Source of the DNA: Candidatus Saccharimonadota bacterium
Lineage (GTDB): Bacteria > Patescibacteriota > Gracilibacteria > UBA4473
Assembly (NCBI GenBank): GCA_030429505.1
Contig: JAUIFI010000001.1
Location: 630,001-662,000, forward strand
Reading direction: 5' to 3'
Length of the DNA stretch: 32,000 bases
Under the pieces are notes generated by a model, which worked only from the letters and a program-made list of their open reading frames with translations, ran no database searches and was not told where the DNA came from. A program made the translations under genes and the position numbers. This document shows, one piece after another, positions 8,601 through 17,043 of this stretch. Positions within the stretch are counted from its first letter, which is position 1, and each line of letters begins with the position of its first letter.

Positions 8601-11171
8601 ATGAATAAAACGAAAAAGACAATACTCAGACTCTCCGTTCCTCAATCAAACGAAAGAGGTCCCTTAGCCTTCGAACAAATTCTAGCCAGTCTTCACGGGC
8701 TTCTCATCAAAGAAATAAAAAAATCCAGTGACGAATCAATAAGCTTCGAAATCGTACGTTCTGAAAAAAGAATATTCTTTTATATTGTGATCCCTTCACA
8801 CTTACGAACACTTATCTCATCACAATTCTACTCTCAATACCCTGAAGTTGAAATCGAAACCGTTTCTGAATACTTCACCAAAAAACTTGTCAAAGACAAA
8901 CAACTTCTGATTGCTGACATCGCCCCAAAAGAGTTATGGATATTTCCCTTTAAAAGACACCCCCAATTTGAGGATTCTACAACAGGGAATTTTGAAGACC
9001 CTCTTGGTCCTATGACCGCAGCTCTTTCCCATCTTCATGGGAAAGATGATACAGCACTTCTTCAATTCATCATCGCCCCAGTACCAACGAGTTGGAACAA
9101 AACAGCTCAAAGTGCCATCGAAAACATGTCCAAATCTGGTATGTGGAAATGGAGCTGGGTTCAAAGAGCCTACCAGTGGAGCAAACTCAGTCCAGGAGAA
9201 GAAGAAAAGTTTAAAAAAACGCTCACTCGAATAGGACTGTCTCTATTGAGTAAATTCTTCGGAGGAAGTAAACCCGAAACAAGTGAAGAAGAAAACCAAG
9301 AAGGGAAAACATCCTCAAAACACGAAAAAGAAGGACCAATCGCCGCCGCTCAAGATAAAATAAGTCGACTCAATTTCTCGGTAAACATCAGAACGCTCTA
9401 TATCCATTCTGATCCAGACACGCAACACGCAGAAGCCAAAATTCGAGAAATTGCCGGAACTTTTCAACAGTTTGCACTTCCCAAAATGAACCGTTTCGGA
9501 GTCACAAAATTAGAACGAGATATGAAATCAAAGTTATTCAAAGACATTATTTCCCGAAAGAACCATAACCCCTTTGTCTTAAGCCAGGAAGAACTTGCCA
9601 CTATATTTCACCTCCCAACAAAAACCGTCAGTAGTCCTCGTATTCAATGGGTTCTATCACAAAGACTCGAACCACCAGTAGACCTCCCAGATGAAAAAGA
9701 AGGAAACGTTACCATAATCGGAGAAACAAACTTTAGAAATCAGCATGAACAGTACGGCATCAGAACGAATGATCGGAGAAGACACGTATACATCATTGGA
9801 AAAACGGGAATGGGAAAATCAACCTTACTAGAAAATATGATTTTCTCAGATATAAAAGACGGTAAAGGAGTCGCAGTCATAGACCCTCATGGAGATCTTG
9901 CAGAAGCAGTTTTACGATTTGTTCCTAAAAACAGAACCAATGATGTTATTTACTTCGACCCAGCAGATAAAGAGTTTCCAATCGCCTTTAATATGCTAGA
10001 AGGAAAAAATGCAGAAAAACGCTCACTCGTAGCATCTGGACTACTTGGAGTATTCAAAAAACTTTACTCTAATTCTTGGGGACCTAGGCTTGAACATTTT
10101 TTAAGAAATACCATCCTTGCCCTTGTTGAAGCTCCTGATACAACGATGCTTGGTATCCCAAGAATGCTCGTTGATAAAATCTATCGAGAAAAAGTTCTGC
10201 ATTTCGTGACAGACCCCATGGTTCAATCGTTTTGGCGTACAGAGTTTAGTGGTGGGATGTCCCCACAAAAAATGGCTGAAGCCGTCAGCCCTATTCAAAA
10301 CAAAGTCGGACAATTTCTATCTACCCCCACAATCCGAAATATTTTAGGACAAACAAAATCAAGTCTCGACCTACGCTTCGCCATGGATAGTGGAAAAATC
10401 ATTATTGTAAACCTATCTAAAGGAAAAATTGGAGAAGATAATTCATCACTCCTTGGATCACTCCTTATTACAAAATTTCAACTCGATGCCATGAGTCGAG
10501 CCGATATTAGAGAAAAAGATAGAAAAGATTTCTATCTTTATGTCGACGAATTTCAAAACTTCGCTACTGATTCTTTCGCTACAATCTTATCCGAAGCCAG
10601 AAAATATCGACTCAACCTCACCATGGCCAATCAATACGTTGCTCAAATGTCTGAAGAAGTAAGAGATGCAGTATTTGGAAACGTAGGAAGCCTCATATCA
10701 TTCCAAATAGGGTTTGATGACGCCAAAATTTTCTCCGAACAATTTGACGAAAAAATCGTAAAAACAAACGACCTCATCGGACTCCCAAAATACCACGTTT
10801 ACAACCGCATATTAGTTGAAGGAATCACAACACAAGTTTTTTCAGGAAAAACCCTCCCTCCCCCCAGTATCATTAGCGAAGAAGATCCTGAAGAAAGACG
10901 AGATAAAGTCGTCAAATTTTCTCGTCAACGCTACGCCAAACCACGAGAAATCGTCGAAGAAAAAATCGCTCGTTGGACTCGACCGGAAGAAGAAAAATAT
11001 AAAAAAAGAAAGGAAGAAGAACAAAAGAAGAAAGCAGAACTAGCCACCTCTCAAACAAACATTCCTTCTAAAAATGTTACAAAAGAAGTAAAAAATGACA
11101 TCAATCCACATCCTGAAAAAAAAAGTGAAAATCCAGTACCAAATTCTATAGGAGCAAAAGAAAAACAATAG
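8601..11171 (+). CDS. Soluble VirD4/TraD/TraG-like (FtsK-HerA superfamily) P-loop ATPase with large uncharacterised N-terminal domain
   Basis: Walker A is IIGKTGMGKSTLLEN (~9798-9824). Walker B is FYLYVDEFQNF. NLTMANQYVAQM and GNVGSLISFQ match type IV coupling-protein-like cores. I recognise nothing in the ~380-aa N-terminal region, and no N-terminal TM helices are visible. The tail is K/E-rich and looks disordered. Confidence 0.75.
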   Translation: MNKTKKTILRLSVPQSNERGPLAFEQILASLHGLLIKEIKKSSDESISFEIVRSEKRIFFYIVIPSHLRTLISSQFYSQYPEVEIETVSEYFTKKLVKDKQLLIADIAPKELWIFPFKRHPQFEDSTTGNFEDPLGPMTAALSHLHGKDDTALLQFIIAPVPTSWNKTAQSAIENMSKSGMWKWSWVQRAYQWSKLSPGEEEKFKKTLTRIGLSLLSKFFGGSKPETSEEENQEGKTSSKHEKEGPIAAAQDKISRLNFSVNIRTLYIHSDPDTQHAEAKIREIAGTFQQFALPKMNRFGVTKLERDMKSKLFKDIISRKNHNPFVLSQEELATIFHLPTKTVSSPRIQWVLSQRLEPPVDLPDEKEGNVTIIGETNFRNQHEQYGIRTNDRRRHVYIIGKTGMGKSTLLENMIFSDIKDGKGVAVIDPHGDLAEAVLRFVPKNRTNDVIYFDPADKEFPIAFNMLEGKNAEKRSLVASGLLGVFKKLYSNSWGPRLEHFLRNTILALVEAPDTTMLGIPRMLVDKIYREKVLHFVTDPMVQSFWRTEFSGGMSPQKMAEAVSPIQNKVGQFLSTPTIRNILGQTKSSLDLRFAMDSGKIIIVNLSKGKIGEDNSSLLGSLLITKFQLDAMSRADIREKDRKDFYLYVDEFQNFATDSFATILSEARKYRLNLTMANQYVAQMSEEVRDAVFGNVGSLISFQIGFDDAKIFSEQFDEKIVKTNDLIGLPKYHVYNRILVEGITTQVFSGKTLPPPSIISEEDPEERRDKVVKFSRQRYAKPREIVEEKIARWTRPEEEKYKKRKEEEQKKKAELATSQTNIPSKNVTKEVKNDINPHPEKKSENPVPNSIGAKEKQ

Positions 11172-11174
11172 TTT

Positions 11175-11636
11175 CTATTCACTCAAAGATATAATTTTTG
11201 AAAAATGTTCCTGGGAAAGAGGCATTACTGATAATCTATTTCCTCTTTTCAAAAGTTGCATATCCACAAGATCAGAAACATCCTTCATGAGAGAAAGAGA
11301 AACAGGATTTTCTAACTTTCGAATCGGTTCAACATCTACCATATACCACCGAGGATTTTCCCGACTAGAAGTCAAATCAGGATGATCGGAGTCAGAATCA
11401 AATGCCGTATGGTCAGGATATCCATCTCGAACCACCTCACAAATACCCACGACAGCAGGTTCTTTACAATTAGAATGGTAAAAAAGCACTTGATCCCCCT
11501 TTTTTATCTCATCACGCAAAAAATTTCTCGCTTGATAATTTCGAACCCCATCCCAATGGGTCGTTCCATCCCTCATCAAATCATCAAAAGAATAACAAGT
11601 AGGTTCTGACTTAAAGAGCCAAAATCGAGTCGCCAT
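11175..11636 (-). CDS. EVE (PUA-like) domain protein
   Basis: FWLFKSEP..YS.DDL......WDGVRNYQARNFLRDEIKKGDQVLFYHSN...PAVVGICEV matches the EVE/THYN1 family. The track start at 11645 is a TTG, so the ATG at 11636 is preferred. Confidence 0.85.
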   Translation of the reverse strand: MATRFWLFKSEPTCYSFDDLMRDGTTHWDGVRNYQARNFLRDEIKKGDQVLFYHSNCKEPAVVGICEVVRDGYPDHTAFDSDSDHPDLTSSRENPRWYMVDVEPIRKLENPVSLSLMKDVSDLVDMQLLKRGNRLSVMPLSQEHFSKIISLSE

Positions 11637-11714
11637 AAAGTCCAAAAAATATTACAATAGCGCCATATTAGCAGTTTCATAATCCATAAGCAATAACTAT
11701 TCATCGATAACCAT

Positions 11715-12644
11715 ATGAATATAGAACAAGCAATCGAACGATATCTCAAGCATCTCAAAAATATCAAAAACGCCTCTCCTTACACCATCAGAAACTATCA
11801 ACGTAGTTTAGATTTACTCGTAAAAACACTTGGAAATAAAGCGACACTTTCAGACATTACTATGGAAAAAGTAGACACCTTCCGAGATCAAATTTTCGAA
11901 TTAAAGAGTCGCGATGGACAATCATTATCACGACGCACTCAAAATATCTACCTGACACCAGTGAGAGCTTTTCTAAAGTTCTGTATCATACGAGAACTGT
12001 CACCAGAAATACTTTCTCCAGAAAAAATAGAACTCCTAAAACTTGATCCACGAGATGTAGCAGGACTCACTTCTGAAGAACTTAATCGTTTAAGAAATAC
12101 GAATACTTCTAAAAACGAAATAATTAAAAGTCGCGATAGAGCTATCGTTGAAATGCTCTTTTCTACGGGACTAAGAATCTCAGAGCTCTGCAAACTCGAT
12201 CGAGAAAACATTAACCTCAAAACCAAAGAATTCTCTGTGCTTGGAAAAGGAAAAAAAAGGCGAACCGTATTTCTTACAGAAACTGCTACCGCATTACTCG
12301 AAAAATATCTAAATTTAAGAACTGACAACTTTCCTCCTCTCTTTCTGAATGCAAAAAAAAGGAAAGATGAATTTATTACTCAAGGAGAATCTCGTCGCAT
12401 ATCACGAACCGCAATCGAAATAATGATTCGTCATCGAGGTCGTCAAGCTGGTATCACAAAACCAGTCACGCCTCATATCCTCAGACACACTTTTGCCACC
12501 ACATTACTCCGCAATGGTGCTGATCTAAGATCAGTCCAAGAACTTCTCGGACACTCTAGCATCGCCACTACTCAAATCTACACACACTTTGTCAATGCTG
12601 ATCTCAAAAAAACCCATCAAAAATTTCTAGAAAAAGAAGATTAA
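11715..12644 (+). CDS. Tyrosine site-specific recombinase, XerC/XerD family
   Basis: N-terminal SAM-like core-binding domain (YL..L...KN.SP.TIRNY.RSL). C-terminal catalytic signature HILRHTFATTLLRNGADLRSVQELLGHSSIATTQIYTH. Confidence 0.9.
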   Translation: MNIEQAIERYLKHLKNIKNASPYTIRNYQRSLDLLVKTLGNKATLSDITMEKVDTFRDQIFELKSRDGQSLSRRTQNIYLTPVRAFLKFCIIRELSPEILSPEKIELLKLDPRDVAGLTSEELNRLRNTNTSKNEIIKSRDRAIVEMLFSTGLRISELCKLDRENINLKTKEFSVLGKGKKRRTVFLTETATALLEKYLNLRTDNFPPLFLNAKKRKDEFITQGESRRISRTAIEIMIRHRGRQAGITKPVTPHILRHTFATTLLRNGADLRSVQELLGHSSIATTQIYTHFVNADLKKTHQKFLEKED

Positions 12645-12771
12645 GTTGCGAGAACAAAAAAAATTTTTACAATCAAAAAGCTATTAAAAAAAATCTAAAA
12701 ATATTTCGAGCTTAAGCTTGAAATAAGAAGGGAGAAGACTAAGAAATACAAAGTCAGCTCCAACCACAGAC

Positions 12772-12848
12772 GCCACCTTAGCTCAGTTGGCTAGAGCAGC
12801 GGCTTTGTAACCCGCAGGCCATCGGTTCGAATCCGATAGGTGGCTCCA
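12772..12848 (+). tRNA. tRNA-Thr (TGT), CCA encoded
   Basis: GCCACCTTAGCTCAGTTGGCTAGAGCAGCGGCTTTGTAACCCGCAGGCCATCGGTTCGAATCCGATAGGTGGCTCCA folds as a cloverleaf. The anticodon loop is TTTGTAA, and positions 31:39 form a C:C mismatch. Confidence 0.9.
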
Positions 12849-12850
12849 GG

Positions 12851-12890
12851 AAAAAAATCAGTGCCCCCGAATGGGGGAAGTGATTTTTTT
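12851..12890. terminator. Intrinsic terminator-like hairpin after tRNA-Thr
   Basis: A7-TCAGTGCCCCC-GAAT-GGGGGAAGTGA-T7. The core is a CCCCC/GGGGG stem flanked by an A-run and a T-run, so it could act in both directions. Confidence 0.6.
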
Positions 12891-13080
12891 GCCATGAGCG
12901 AAGCTCAACCGGATGAGAACCGATGGTTCGTTTTGTTTCCCATGAACGCAGTGAATGGCTGGAACAAATCTCAAGCGAGTTCCAAAACATTGGAACGAAG
13001 TGACGAGTATCCGATAGATAATTGTTCTATAACAGATTAAAATTAAAAAGATAACAAAAGAATTGTCTAAACCAAAACTC

Positions 13081-13161
13081 GGCGCCAGTGGACACTATTA
13101 CTCATTCACAAAAGACCCAAATGGCATAGCTCTAGAGTTAACCCTCTCCTTTAAAGTTTAG
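13081..13161 (+). pseudogene. C-terminal remnant of a VOC/glyoxalase-family gene
   Basis: Translates to GASGHYYSFTKDPNGIALELTLSFKV*. This matches the terminal beta-strand motif (H..F.DPDG..iEl) of glyoxalase/bleomycin-resistance/dioxygenase proteins. There is no start codon, and an in-frame stop lies at 13030-13032. Confidence 0.4.
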
Positions 13162-13196
13162 GAATAAGCAAACTATGGGATATCTTAGTCAAAACC

Positions 13197-15344
13197 TCAA
13201 GACCTCTCCAAAAATTCCAACAAATTGACCACGACTTTTGCTAACTGTTCACGCGTCAAAGCATCATCCGGTCCAAAAAATCTTGCCCCAGAACTCGAAT
13301 CATAACCGCTAATAATACCGTTTTGAGAAGCCCATATCACAGCCCGAGAAAAATCTTGATCAGAAGAAATATCCGCAAAATCACTCTCATCAACATTAAT
13401 ACCAGACAAATCAACTCCTGATAGCATCACGAGAATTCGTATAGTCTCCCCACGAGTAATGGAAAGTGTAGGCATCATTTTCCCATCAATTAAAGCTGGT
13501 ACTGCTTTGATCTGTTTCGCTCGCTCAAAATAAGGTGCTGACCAGAAATCAACACCTACATCTGAAAATGGAGGAGCTGAAACCACATCAGGCACACTAA
13601 ATCCAAAAGACTCCAAGCCAACTTTAACAAGTTGTTCACGCGTCACCTCATCATGCTTCCCAAAAAGTCTCAAGCCATCATCATATCCAGTCATGATTCC
13701 CGCCGCTGAAACTTTATCAACATATTCTTTTGACCAGTCTTCAGAAGAAACATCACTAAATTCTCGCGGGCTAGAAATTGCCACCAATTCACTAAAGGTA
13801 ATCGATCGAGAAGTATCCTCAACCACTTTATCCTGTGTAGAAGTCACAGTGTCATCAACTTCGGATGTAGCATTAGTCACATTCTCAGTCTCTTCTTCGA
13901 CCTCCACCACAGATTGAGAAGATTCTTTTTGAACTCCCAAAGTCTGACAAGACTGTGTCCCACACAAAGCGTATCCCTTTGCCCGAACCCATTCATGCAA
14001 ACACTCTGATTGTAAACCCAAGCATTCACGATAATTTTGATAAGCTTCACTTCCATCCTCCACAGCATACATACGAACACACTGCCCTCCCCCACCAGGA
14101 TTACAAACACTAATTGTCGGGCGAACTGGAGCACCTCCTCCGTTATTACTTGCAGAAATCGCAGGAGGCGTGAATGTTGCTACATTCAAAGCAGCTCCAT
14201 CCGCAATCGCTGTCACATCTTGAGCTGCCATATCATCAATCACCGCTGCAGTAATAGACAAATACGTATCCCCCTTCACAGAAGAAAAATTTGTATCTGC
14301 ATTAAGTGCCGCCGTATCAGTTACACTCAAATTAATCACAATACTAAGCCCATCAGAGGAAGCTGTCGTACTATCCACTAAAGTGTATCCATGAGTTTTA
14401 GTAGGAGCATTCTGAATAGTAATCCCTGTTACCGCTAAAGTACTAGCATCCACCGGCTCACTAAAATTCAAAGTCAACAGCCGAGTCGCCATATTCAATG
14501 TCCAAGAAGTCACCGTCGGACTTGTTGTATCCGCTGTAAAAGTTGTCGCATCAATCGCCGCTCCATCCGTCACATTCGTCAAATCCAAAGCATTTTCAAG
14601 AGCATCAGTAATGAGGCTTCCCGCTGCAATTTCCAAAAACGAAGTCACTGCCGAAACTCCCAACCCCGTATCTAATTTGATCGCATTAAGATCTGTCGCC
14701 GATAAAGTAATCGTCAATGTATCACCATCAGTCCACGCCGAAGTACTATCAGTCAAAGTATAAAACTCTCCAGCAGTACTTGTATTATTGCTTTCTTGTA
14801 GAGTAATCTTTGTCTCATCCACATTCGCTGTCGTATCCATTTGCTCTGAAAAATTCAATACCATCGTGCCGGTATTCATATTTAAGACCCAATTATCAAC
14901 CACCGTAGGCGCTGTCACATCCACCGCAGCTGCATTAATATCAGTCGCACCTTGAGCACAAGCATTTGCTGCCCCATCATCAAAGATCTCATTTGCTGCA
15001 CAAGCAATAGTTAGTTCACCGGCACCTCCCAAATCAATATTGGCACTCATGGTTAAAACAGCATACCGAGTACTCGCAATATGAGTGACGTTAGTGATAG
15101 TCAGACCATCCGTCCCAGCCACTGTAAAATCCCCCGCTACGATCTGAACTCCAGCTACACCAGTTGTCGAACTAACAGCCTCAGAAAAAGTAATAAGGAT
15201 TTTATCCGTGGTCCCATTTTTAGCTTGAATACTAGCAGTAAAAGTCGGCGCTGCCGCCTCCGTTATAGGTACAAAAAAGAACCCCGACATCACACTCAAA
15301 AAAAGCGCAATTAACATCGAAACTCGACGGAAAAAAGTGAACAT
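13197..15344 (-). CDS. Secreted S-layer-type protein: signal peptide, three Ig-like repeats, Cys-rich linker, three C-terminal SLH domains
   Basis: The N-terminal hydrophobic signal is MLIALFLSVMSGFFFVPITEAAA. Three ~125-aa repeats carry (A/S)PT(F/V)...L(I/N)(T/F)SE(A/Q/P)(V/M)(S/D). The SLH motifs are FSDVSSEDWSKEYVDKVSAAGIMTGY, FSDVGVDFWSAPYFERA and FADISSDQDFSRAVIWASQNGIISGY (nt ~13200-13760). Confidence 0.85.
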   Translation of the reverse strand: MFTFFRRVSMLIALFLSVMSGFFFVPITEAAAPTFTASIQAKNGTTDKILITFSEAVSSTTGVAGVQIVAGDFTVAGTDGLTITNVTHIASTRYAVLTMSANIDLGGAGELTIACAANEIFDDGAANACAQGATDINAAAVDVTAPTVVDNWVLNMNTGTMVLNFSEQMDTTANVDETKITLQESNNTSTAGEFYTLTDSTSAWTDGDTLTITLSATDLNAIKLDTGLGVSAVTSFLEIAAGSLITDALENALDLTNVTDGAAIDATTFTADTTSPTVTSWTLNMATRLLTLNFSEPVDASTLAVTGITIQNAPTKTHGYTLVDSTTASSDGLSIVINLSVTDTAALNADTNFSSVKGDTYLSITAAVIDDMAAQDVTAIADGAALNVATFTPPAISASNNGGGAPVRPTISVCNPGGGGQCVRMYAVEDGSEAYQNYRECLGLQSECLHEWVRAKGYALCGTQSCQTLGVQKESSQSVVEVEEETENVTNATSEVDDTVTSTQDKVVEDTSRSITFSELVAISSPREFSDVSSEDWSKEYVDKVSAAGIMTGYDDGLRLFGKHDEVTREQLVKVGLESFGFSVPDVVSAPPFSDVGVDFWSAPYFERAKQIKAVPALIDGKMMPTLSITRGETIRILVMLSGVDLSGINVDESDFADISSDQDFSRAVIWASQNGIISGYDSSSGARFFGPDDALTREQLAKVVVNLLEFLERS

Positions 15345-15471
15345 AATAAAAAACTAGAGAGTAAGCGCAAGAATTTTAAAAAAAACATTCCCAAACATCA
15401 ATAAAAAAAGCTTGCAAAAAAACAAAAACATAAAACTAAGTAGTATTAGAAATATCAAAAAACAAGCAAAT

Positions 15472-15499
15472 TTGTATTAACTTTGAAAAATCATACAAT
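15472..15499 (+). promoter_or_regulatory. Candidate promoter TTGTAT-N16-TACAAT
   Basis: The -10 box ends 3 nt before the first ATG (15503). This favours the second ATG (15527, MKKFILK...) as the real start. Confidence 0.4.
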
Positions 15500-15526
15500 C
15501 ACATGGAAAAGTATCATACACTCAAA

Positions 15527-16669
15527 ATGAAAAAGTTCATACTCAAGACCACGCTTTTACTCTGTGGAATCGGAGTACTATTTAATACAGTTCAAGCTCA
15601 ACAAATTCCCGTCATGGAATTCTATCACGGTGCCACCTGTCCTCATTGTCACCGAGAAAAAGCATGGTTTCCAGAATTAAGAAAACTCTATCCCGACGTC
15701 CAAATCAAAGAATACGAAGTATGGCTAAATGCTGGAAATAAAGCCATATTTCAAAAACGATTAGCAGAGCTTAATACCACTTCATCCGGAGTCCCCACCA
15801 ATATCATCAACGATGAAGTCATCGTTGGCTTTGATCCAGAGAGGATTCTTGACGCGTTTGAAAGACACTTTGGACCTCCAGCCAACCCAGAATCAACCAT
15901 AGAAATTCCAAAAGAAAATGATGGTTGGAAGAAATATCTCAACAGCTCATGGCCTATGATGAGCTTCATGTTAGGAATACTCGATGGTTTCAACCCATGT
16001 GCTATGTGGACACTCTTAATTCTCATTGGCTTCCTCCTATCCATGGAAGACAAGAAAAAAAGATGGCTCATTGGACTCATCTTTGTCGGAAGCTCTGCTG
16101 TTATCTACTTTGGGGCTCTCCTCGCCTATCTTCTTGGATTTTCCCAGATCGCCGCCTTCGCAACCGGAACCATTATGAACTGGATTTTTCATATTGTAGG
16201 AATCACCGCCATTGGAACTGGTATCTTTGCCTTCAAATCAGGACTTCAAGGCAAAGGCATTGATTGCGATATTCGAGATGGAAAAAGCAAAAAAAACTTC
16301 AAAGACAAACTTCAAAATATTCTGGCAAAAGAAAAAATGCTCGTCATCATCATAAGCATTATTGGACTTGCATTCTCAGTCAATATGATCGAACTTCTGT
16401 GCAGTTTTGCTATCCCGACCGCCTTTACCGCTACACTCGTTAAGCTCGATATCTCTTTTGCACAACAAATATTAGCACTACTTATCTACGATATCGCCTA
16501 CATCCTAGATGACATACTAGTACTATTCATCGCGCTCTGGACCCTAAATCTCAAAGTTTTCTCTCCTAAAATAGTTAATATATCTCATCTCATTGGAGGT
16601 ATTATTCTCGCTATTTTAGGGGCTTTTCTCATATTTGATCCAAGTTTTCTCGGAGAAATTTTATCATAA
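15527..16669 (+). CDS. Membrane thiol-disulfide oxidoreductase: thioredoxin/glutaredoxin-fold (CPHC) domain fused to a CcdA/DsbD-like polytopic domain
   Basis: Signal/anchor MKKFILKTTLLLCGIGVLF. CxxC active site in FYHGATCPHCHREK. TM domain with LDGFNPCAMW and a second Cys in ELLCSFAIP, about 6 TM helices. The ORF track has an alternative start at 15503. Confidence 0.65.
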   Translation: MKKFILKTTLLLCGIGVLFNTVQAQQIPVMEFYHGATCPHCHREKAWFPELRKLYPDVQIKEYEVWLNAGNKAIFQKRLAELNTTSSGVPTNIINDEVIVGFDPERILDAFERHFGPPANPESTIEIPKENDGWKKYLNSSWPMMSFMLGILDGFNPCAMWTLLILIGFLLSMEDKKKRWLIGLIFVGSSAVIYFGALLAYLLGFSQIAAFATGTIMNWIFHIVGITAIGTGIFAFKSGLQGKGIDCDIRDGKSKKNFKDKLQNILAKEKMLVIIISIIGLAFSVNMIELLCSFAIPTAFTATLVKLDISFAQQILALLIYDIAYILDDILVLFIALWTLNLKVFSPKIVNISHLIGGIILAILGAFLIFDPSFLGEILS

Positions 16670-16671
16670 AA

Positions 16672-16942
16672 AGAGCGTATCCTTCTCTTCACCGCATACA
16701 AGAGGTTCGAGAAAGGATACGCTGGTGCGCAACGGGCTTAATATTGCAAGAGTATTTCTACTCTATGCTAAACCCAATATAAGACATACAACAGTCAAGA
16801 TCAAGGCACTCGAGTCAGTGGCTCTCAATTCGGCGCATGCACGCCACTTTAAGTGGCTGGATGCCTAGGAACATCCAGCCTGCAACGCGTTGACCTTGAT
16901 CGGTATCGAGCTACCGATTTCAAGACCAGCTTAGTGCGTCAC
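16672..16942 (-). ncRNA. Candidate structured ncRNA of unknown class (~270 nt)
   Basis: A gene-free block that is much more GC-rich than its surroundings: 32/60 G+C in 16841-16900 against 13/60 in 16961-17020. On the minus strand an extended -10 box TGATACAAT sits at 16957-16949. An 11-14 bp hairpin (16674-16723) followed by CTTTTT is oriented for minus-strand termination. Internal hairpins include GGCTGGATG/CATCCAGCC (16855-16880) and CGGTA/TACCG (16901-16916). Ends could close via GCUGGU/ACCAGC. Strand assignment is moderately secure; the RNA class is unknown. Confidence 0.5.
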
Positions 16943-17043
16943 GGTTACATTGTATCATAGGATGTTAAACGAATGAAAATAAAAATACATAAAGTCAACT
17001 AAAAATATCTGCAAAAGTAAAAATCACGCTATACTCAAAAAGC

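Noticed and set aside
11715-12848. Xer-type recombinase plus tRNA-Thr as a bona fide integrase/att junction of a genomic island
   Set aside because: The recombinase lies upstream of the tRNA 5' end, not beyond its 3' end. The sequence looks like housekeeping XerC/D. I found only a 9-nt match (ATCCGATAG at ~13009) to the tRNA 3' half, too short to call an att repeat.
12840-13040. 66-aa ORF starting inside tRNA-Thr
   Set aside because: It overlaps the tRNA 3' end and the terminator hairpin, and its sequence is a translation of degenerate repeats.
13693-14381. Plus-strand ORFs (74 and 114 aa) and the 85-aa minus-strand out-of-frame ORF inside the SLH protein gene
   Set aside because: They are antisense or out of frame relative to a 715-aa gene with clear domain structure. 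Their S/T/R-rich composition is typical of shadow ORFs.
16672-16942. Assigning the GC-rich block to RNase P RNA, tmRNA, SRP RNA or 6S RNA
   Set aside because: None of the signatures was found on either strand. I looked for GGAAAGUCCGG with ACAGAACCCGGCUUA (RNase P), a tRNA-like GGUUCGAAUCC...CCA end with a tag ORF (tmRNA), and GGAAGCAGCC (SRP helix 8). The shape is not rod-like as in 6S RNA. It is left as unknown class.
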